A DNA stretch of 59,962 nt, counting the filler, from Ionaspis alba (lineage: Eukaryota): NCBI GenBank assembly GCA_964255285.1. It is 4 parts of 4 records of this genome, joined end to end, with 100 filler letters (N's around TTAATTAATTAA, not from the genome) between each part and the next. Parts side by side here need not be neighbours in the genome. Positions count along the whole stretch, not along the records: positions 45,084 to 59,962 come from CAXUUL010000396.1; 3 more parts are not named here. One strand, written 5' to 3'. Positions 52,799 to 59,962 of this stretch are shown here, one piece after another. Under the pieces are notes generated by a model, which was not told the DNA's origin, did no database searches, and saw only the letters and a list, made by a program, of their open reading frames with translations. Every line of letters starts with the position of its first letter. The stretch's first letter is position 1. A program made the position numbers and the translations under genes.

Positions 52799-54720
52799 TT
52801 GTCGGTATAGAAGTTTTTTCGGCTGTGTTGGTTGTGTGATCGTAATGGTCTCAACACACCGAATATCAAATCCGGTGTCGTGGTCGAAGATCGCGGAAAA
52901 GAGTGAGCGAATTAAAAAGGGATTTCAAGATTGTAACCTGAGGTGAAGTAGACCGGTGCCTGAAAATCTCCTGCGCTGGTCAAAGTGAGGCTGTCGGCCG
53001 ACAACCTTTGGGAGAAAGGAGTGACGTCTCAGCTGGTGAGAGAGTGGAGAGGGTCAGTGGGATCTCTGTAGAGAACCTTGAGGAGCTGCAAGAATACTCT
53101 CCTGTGTCGGGTCGTAATATGAGACCCGGGGGAGTATCGTTGAAGGGTTGTTGATGGGGTTGAATTCTGGATGATAGGAAGAAGAAAAAGTGCTGGCCGG
53201 CTGTGCGATCAAATTTTGAGAAGGGGAGGGCGCGACAGCGAATCAGCCACAAGCTAAGCAAATTAGGTAATCTATCACAAGCTGGCAAAAATTACGCGTA
53301 ATATAATGCATTCGAAGCTTGGGTGAATGGACTCTCAGCCAATCTACTACCGACTTCTAACGCTCCGTCCTGACACACACGGCAATAATCATTCGTCCTG
53401 TATCTTCATCATGTAGTCTGACTCACGTACTTCCAGCAGAAACGGAAGTGTGTATTATCTATGACACCTGTATCTGATTCACCCGCTTCGCCTCTTCTTG
53501 CGAATATTCCGAACTTAACCATCACTCCTTTTACTGATGGTCCGCGCCTCCATCTTACATCTGTGCCATGAATAGCTTTCTGCATACATGTCTTCTTCAT
53601 AAGCCACGATCTGCCGGCAGCAGCTGGGTTTATGGTCCATCCCGATCAACCATACGACTTCGGGCCATCATGCTGTGCGACTTGCGACACGAGTGAGAGA
53701 GAGCATCTCCTGTGCGACCCGATTCTTGCCGCCCTCGAGAACGAATATTGGTATTGGTGGATGAAGTAGACGACAAAATCAGGCTTATACCTCGGCCATC
53801 TGGCGCAACACTCCTCGAAGCCCAAGACGGCATTCTCTAGCATGCTGCGAAATCGCCTGGTTCTTTGTCGTACCACCACAATGTCAAGTGAATATCTCTA
53901 CCTCCCAGATTTCCAAAAACGTCTATACAACAACGGGTTTCCGGAACGATTAGGGCTTGCTGGGTAAGTGCAACACATATGCAAGTCTTGCATTAGTATG
54001 CTGCACCCGCATGAACTGGAAAAATTCTGTTTTCCGGAAGTATTGGTGACACACATGGCCATAGAGAGTGTTTTCGGAAGAACTATACTGTGGCAGCAAG
54101 AGGCTGCTAACCATCCTTCGTGATTCCTGCCGTGACTCACATCTCAGGCCTCGTTACTCTGATTGTACGTAGCCAATAGCATCATGTCCATTCAAGCCGA
54201 TATGCTGGCGGACGGCGCTCAAAACAAATCATGAACTATGCCCCCGCATTGGTCAATAATTGGGAGCAAACTAGCGTGGACGGTAGCAGAAGAAGCAAAA
54301 ATAGCAGTGCCTGCTTCCAAGTTTCTGTTCACAGATCGTCGGGATTCCCTGTTGTGATTCGAAAGTAGAATATTACTCCCTCAGCATTCGATTTGCTCAA
54401 GTGAATCTACAACTTCTAGCTAAAGACGGGAAGATCAGACGATGGAACTGCCTCCACAACTCAACGGACTGACTCTGAGGTAGACTAGGCAAATTCGGTT
54501 ATGTGTAGGAGCTCCCTGAAATGCTCCGGATTCTTTAGATTTCCGGAGTACTGGCACGGACGTCGAACACCTTCATGTCTCTCCAAAAAGATCCAGTATA
54601 ACCATCACTGCTTGTTGATCGCCCCATCGGATTATGGACCGTGTTCAAAAATCTACAGGAGTTCTGCAAGAAGAAATGAGGGAGGAGCGGACCGACAAGT
54701 ATCTAGTTTCAAAGATTACA

Positions 54721-54930
54721 TTCTGGAATAGAGCTTTGCAACGATCAAATCCGTGGGCGAGCTGCAACACATCTTNNNNNNNNNNNNNNNNNNNNNNNNN
54801 NNNNNNNNNNNNNNNNNNNNNNNNNNNNNNNNNNNNNNNNNNNNNNNNNNNNNNNNNNNNNNNNNNNNNNNNNNNTTCTGGAATAGAGCTTTGCAACGAT
54901 CAAATCCGTGGGCGAGCTGCAACACATCTT
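54721..54930. repeat. 55-bp exact duplication flanking a 100-N gap (assembly overlap)
   Basis: 54721-54775 is identical to 54876-54930. Confidence 0.9.
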
Positions 54931-55049
54931 CAAATTTCGATCCCATACTGACCATACTGGTGTCAATGGATCAATGTGAGCCATGCCTCAATGTTCTCTC
55001 CATTTCCTGAAGAATGGCGCAACATGTAGCGCCAAGCCACTTCGGCTTT

Positions 55050-55105
55050 CAAAGCGCGGTTGTCCTGGACAGGGATGCGCGTTCCGAGCATACGCGACTT
55101 TCGTG
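55050..55105. promoter_or_regulatory. Cluster of MCB/SCB-like elements upstream of POL1
   Basis: AGCGCGG at about 55053, GCGCGT 55077-55082, ACGCGA 55092-55097 and TTTCGTG (reverse complement CACGAAA) 55099-55105, all 135-190 bp before the ATG. Confidence 0.35.
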
Positions 55106-55240
55106 AGTTCCCTACCTCGTCGTCCCTCACCACTTGACTACTGCCCCCATCATGATTCTATGAAATTTTTTGGGACGTACCTATTCCCATGAAGACGCAT
55201 CTTATCGCTGATCCTATTTCAACGGCTGAAATCATTCGCG

Positions 55241-58200
55241 ATGTCTAAAGCATCCAAAGCGGCTTCTCGATACGCCGAACTTCGAGCCCTACGAGCTTCT
55301 GGCAAGACACGTCTCGAGTCCTACCAAGTACAAGATGAAGAGAAGCTGTACGAAGAAGTTGATGAGGAGGGCTATAAGAAGGTTGTGAGAGAGCGTTTGG
55401 ACCGCGATGACTTCGTCATTGATGACAATGGCGCGGGCTATGCAGACGACGGACGCGAGGAATGGATGGGTAACAGAGGATACGATAGTGCCAGTGCCAG
55501 TGAGGAGGAGCGTCCGTTGAAGGGCAAAGCAGGTATACTCTTACTCGTTCCATCCAATCCACCAAAAGTCTTACGATTCTTTCTGCACAGCGAAGCGAAA
55601 GCGAGAGGAGGACAAGGCCAAGATCGAGAAGACGAATAATAGCATCAACAAATATTTCAACAACGGGCCTGTTGCTGCAGCGCCGAAGCCAAAGGTTCGT
55701 AGTATGCTGGATGGAATTCAAAATTACTAAGACATACCCTAAAGCCTGTTGCAACCGCCGAGGATGCTGCTTTTATGGCGGACCTCCTTGGTGAAGTCGA
55801 TACCAACATTCCTTCGCGTATGCCTGCTATCTCAGTCAAGACTATCAAATCGGAAAGCCGACGGAAAGTACGAGTTCTCTCGCCGCCAGTGTCTGAACGC
55901 ACGAAAGCTCAAGCTCCCAAGAATGATCGAGATGTTGGTGCCGGACATCTTTTGAGCACGCCACCATTGGAATTGGCTTACGAGGATGACAACGACTTTT
56001 CACTAGGAAATGATGACGACCAGATCCTAATAAGTGATCCGATGCCCTCCTCACCGATAGCTAATGCTGTCGAAAGGAAGAACAACATTTCCCTGAAAGT
56101 GGAAGAGGAGGAAGACGATATAATGGAGATATCGCAAGCCGTGGGAGATCATAACGTCAAGACGACTAGTGTCAACATTTCCGGATCTCGTCCTGTACCT
56201 AAAGTCCTCAAGAAACCCTCTTATCCTACACCGGAAAGCTCTTCTCCTATCCTTCCACCGGCTGATGCTGTCAATGCGTCCACGTGGAATGATGTCACTT
56301 CGAAGCTCAACGTCCTGAGTAGTCCCGTCTCGCAACTATCTACTCCTGGAAAAGTAGACTTACAGAATGCTACGGAAGAGGACGGAAGTGTCAACATTTT
56401 CTGGACGGACTATACCGAAGTCAATGGTAGTCTGTGCCTCTTTGGAAAGGTCAAGGATAAGAGCAATGGATCTTACGTTAGTGCATTTGTCAAGATTGAT
56501 AATATCTTGAGGAAACTCTTCTTCCTGCCTCGAGAGTACAAACAAAGTGAGTCTCCCTCTACCCATACCTAATCATCTGCTGAGAATGCTTTAGAAAATG
56601 GCCGAGACACCACTGAGGAGGTTGAGATGGGAGACGTATACCAAGAAGTCGATGAGCTCATGACAAAGTTGCGAGTTGGAATGCATAAGATCAAGCCCTG
56701 CTCGAGAAGATATGCATTTGAGCTGCCAGATATACCGAAAAGGGCAGACTACCTGAAGCTGATGTATCCCTACGATAGTGAGTCTCACTTACGATTGATG
56801 TGCAATTACACTAAGAGATTGCAGAATCAACACTCCCAATCGACCTGAGAGGTGAAAACTTCTCGAATGTATTTGGCACGAACACTGGCCTCTTCGAGCA
56901 ATTTGTGCTCTGGAAGAATATCATGGGCCCTTGTTGGCTCAAGATCGATGCCGATCAGTTCTCATCTCTGAACAATGCGTCTTGGTGCAAGCTCGAATTG
57001 CAGCTTCCGTCGCCGAAGTATATTAAACCACTTTCGGAACCCGACAGTATGGATGCACCACCACTTACGATCATGAGTCTCGCTTTGAGAACAACGTTGA
57101 ATGTCAAAGAAAATAAGCAGGAGATTCTCGTAGCGAGCGCACGAGTGTATGAGAACATCTCTCTGAGTGACACCACTCCTCCTGAAAAGTTACCTTGCAA
57201 AACATTCACTGTCATACGTCCAGCAGAGAGTTCCTATCCAGTGGGGTTTGATGCCGCCTGTAAGAAAGAGCGAGGGACAATTATCCTGATGAAGAATGAG
57301 CAAATGCTTCTCTCACACTTCCTTGCCTTGCTTGAAAAGATGGATCCGGATGTTTTGATGGGCCACCAGTTGCAAGATGTCGATTACCCCATCCTTCTCA
57401 GCCGTATGCGAGAAAGGAAGACCCCTGGATGGCATAGAATTGGTCGACTAAGGCGTAGCGACTGGCCCAAGAACATGGGGAAAGGCGGCGGCAGCTTTTT
57501 CGCCGAGAGGCAATTGGTGTCAGGAAGACTTCTCTGTGATGTCGCGAACGACATGGGGAAATCTCTGATGACCAAGTGTCAATCGTGGAGCATTACCGAG
57601 ATGTGCGATCTCTATCTCGGTGAAGGAGTAACGCGTCAAGAGCTCGACAATGAAGCTGCGCTCAAGACTTGGGCGGCTACCAAGGATGGACTTGTGAACT
57701 ACATCAAACATTGCGAAGCTGACACTTACTTTATTGCTGCCATCGCCCTTCGTGTACAGATGCTCCCATTATCGAAGGTCTTGACCAACCTTGCTGGCAA
57801 TTCCTGGGCCAGAACCCTGAGTGGCACTCGAGCTGAACGAAATGAGTACATTCTGCTTCATGAGTTTCATCGAAACAAGTACATTTGTCCCGACAAAATC
57901 TATGGAAAGAACAAACAAAAGGTCGAGGAAGAAACTCCAGAAGGAGAAGAAGGGGTGGACGTCAAGAAGAAGGACAAGTTCAAGGGTGGACTCGTCTTCG
58001 AACCCGAGAAGGGTCTCTACGACAAGTTCATTCTGGTTATGGACTTCAACAGTTTGTATCCGAGTATCATTCAGGAGTACAACATTTGTTTCACCACAGT
58101 CGATAGATCCGATCAGGCAAGTCCTTCCTGTTTCTGCTTCTAGCAACAGCCAGCTAACTCATCACAGGGTGAGGATGAAGAGAAAGTGCCCGAAGTACCC

Positions 58201-59936
58201 TCAGACCAAGACCAAGGCATCTTACCAAAGCTCATTGCCACACTAGTCAGTCGTCGACGCGAGGTCAAGAAATTGATGAAAGACAAGCGTGCCACTCCTG
58301 AACAGCTTGCAACTTGGGATATCAAACAGCTTGCTCTGAAGCTGACTGCCAACTCTATGTATGGGTGTCTTGGATATACTCAGTCACGGTTCTATGCTCG
58401 TCCTCTGGCCATGCTTACGACCTTCAAAGGACGAGAGATTCTGAGGAGTACAAAAGACCTGGCAGAGAGCAATCAACTTCGCGTTATTTACGGTGATACC
58501 GATTCCGTCATGATCAACACAAATGCAGACAGCATTGAGGAAGCGCTCAAGGTTGGCAACGAGTTCAAGCGTTCAGTCAATGACCGCTACAAACTCCTGG
58601 AGATTGACATTGACAACATCTTCCGCCGCCTTCTTCTCCACGCTAAGAAGAAGTACGCAGCCATCAACCTGGTCGAGATCGACGGCAAATATGTGGACAA
58701 ATTGGAAGTCAAAGGTCTTGACATGAAGCGCCGAGAGTATTGCGCCTTGTCCAAGGAAGCCTCTTCTCGCCTGCTGAACGAGATCCTCTCCGGGGAAGAC
58801 CCCGAGGTCGTCGTTGGTAAGATTCACGAGTATCTCAGACAGCTCTCCCAGCAAATGCGAGATGAGAAGATCCCCAACCAGAAGTTCATCATATACACCG
58901 TAAGGCAGCCTTTCCTTCTTCCTCCACCATCTTTCACAGCCATACTAATCCCCTTCTCTCACAGAAACTCGGCAAAGACCCACGCTCCTACCCCTCCCCA
59001 GACTCCATGCCCCAAGTACAAGTCGCCCTTCGCGCCCTCGCAGCCGGCAAATCCGCCCGCATGAACGACGTAATCTCCTACATCACAACCGCCACGACCG
59101 CCGACTCAGTCTCTAGCTCTGCGGCCAAACGCGCCTTCTCCCCGCTCGACGTGCAGAAATCCAACGGCGCCCTCAAACCCGACATCGAATGGTATCTCGC
59201 AAAGCAGCTCTTCCCCCCCATCGAGCGTCTCTGTGCTCCCATTGCCGGCACCGATGCAGGCCAGCTGGCCGAGTGTCTGGGCCTCGACGCGAGGAAGTAC
59301 GCGCTTGGTGTTTCTGGGCGCGCTGAGAGTGGGATCCAGGATTTGGCGCCGCTGGAGAGTCAATTGCCAGATGAGGTCCGGTATAAAGACTGTCCGCGCC
59401 TGCAGCTGACGTGTTTGGCGTGCCGGCATATGTTCCCGTTCCTGGGGCTCAAGGAGTCGGCAGCTTGTGTCACGCCAAACGGGGTCGTGTGTCCGGCTGA
59501 GGGATGCGGGAAGGTGTTCCGCACGTTGACTTTAGTTGCGCAGACGGAACATGCGATTAGGAAGCTTGCGAGTGAGTATTATGATGGGTGGCTTGTGTGC
59601 GATGATCCGAGTTGTGGAGTCCGGACCAGGCAGATGAGTGTTTATGGGCATAGGTGTTTGGGCCCGAGTGGGTTGGCGAGGGGGTGTCTAGGGAGGATGG
59701 GGTGGGAGAGGAGTGGGAGGAGTGTGGGGAGTACGTTGGGTTTCTGGAAGGGCTGTTGGGATGTTGAGAAGGGGGTTGAGGGTCTCAAGGGAGAGCAGGC
59801 GGAGAAGGTGGAGGCGCTGGCGGGGTGGAATCGGGAGAGGTTTGGGACGGTGAGGGCCGTGGTGGAGGGATATGTGAAGAGATGTGGATGGGTTTGGGTG
59901 CAGATGGATGAGGTCTTTGGGTTTGCGTTGCGGTGA
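55241..59936 (+). CDS. POL1: DNA polymerase alpha catalytic subunit
   Basis: [56 protein letters not shown]-terminal zinc fingers and terminal F. Six introns, one of them GC-AG (58117-58167). Confidence 0.98.
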
Positions 59937-59962
59937 TTGAGGAGGCTAATGATGTTGTTTCT

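Noticed and set aside
53600..55010. Short ORFs between eIF4G and POL1 (e.g. MVHPDQPYDF..., MDRVQKSTG...)
   Set aside because: Short, stop-interrupted or gap-spanning, with no recognisable domain or clear splice structure.

Overview
Eukaryotic DNA from a filamentous ascomycete (Pezizomycotina), judged from short GT-AG introns with CTRAY branch sites and the gene content. The window is not one locus. Three identical 100-nt linkers (N44-TTAATTAATTAA-N44) join four scaffolds of about 14.9 kb in decreasing length order (1-14935, 15036-29969, 30070-44983, 45084-59962), and there are five further 100-N gaps. Most genes are housekeeping: EBP sterol isomerase, GH1 beta-glucosidase, LEU4, a complex I zinc-finger subunit, a BCS1-like ATPase, a DHA1 MFS transporter, a sucrose/alpha-glucoside permease, apyrase YND1, mitochondrial RNA polymerase, eIF4G and DNA polymerase alpha. 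The best candidate for an undescribed system is a head-to-head pair at 21816-27345. One gene encodes an intact Ser/Thr kinase with a 30-aa tandem repeat and ankyrin repeats. The other encodes a HeLo-like helical domain fused to a pseudokinase with MLKL-type HKN/GFE substitutions and activation-loop threonines. Together they suggest a RIPK/MLKL-like fungal cell-death module (inference). Also notable are a Pol-beta-like nucleotidyltransferase of unknown function, an extensin-like Tyr/Pro protein, an apparently unanchored DUF3431-like protein and a stop-free in-frame eIF4G intron. All family calls come from motif recognition, not database searches.
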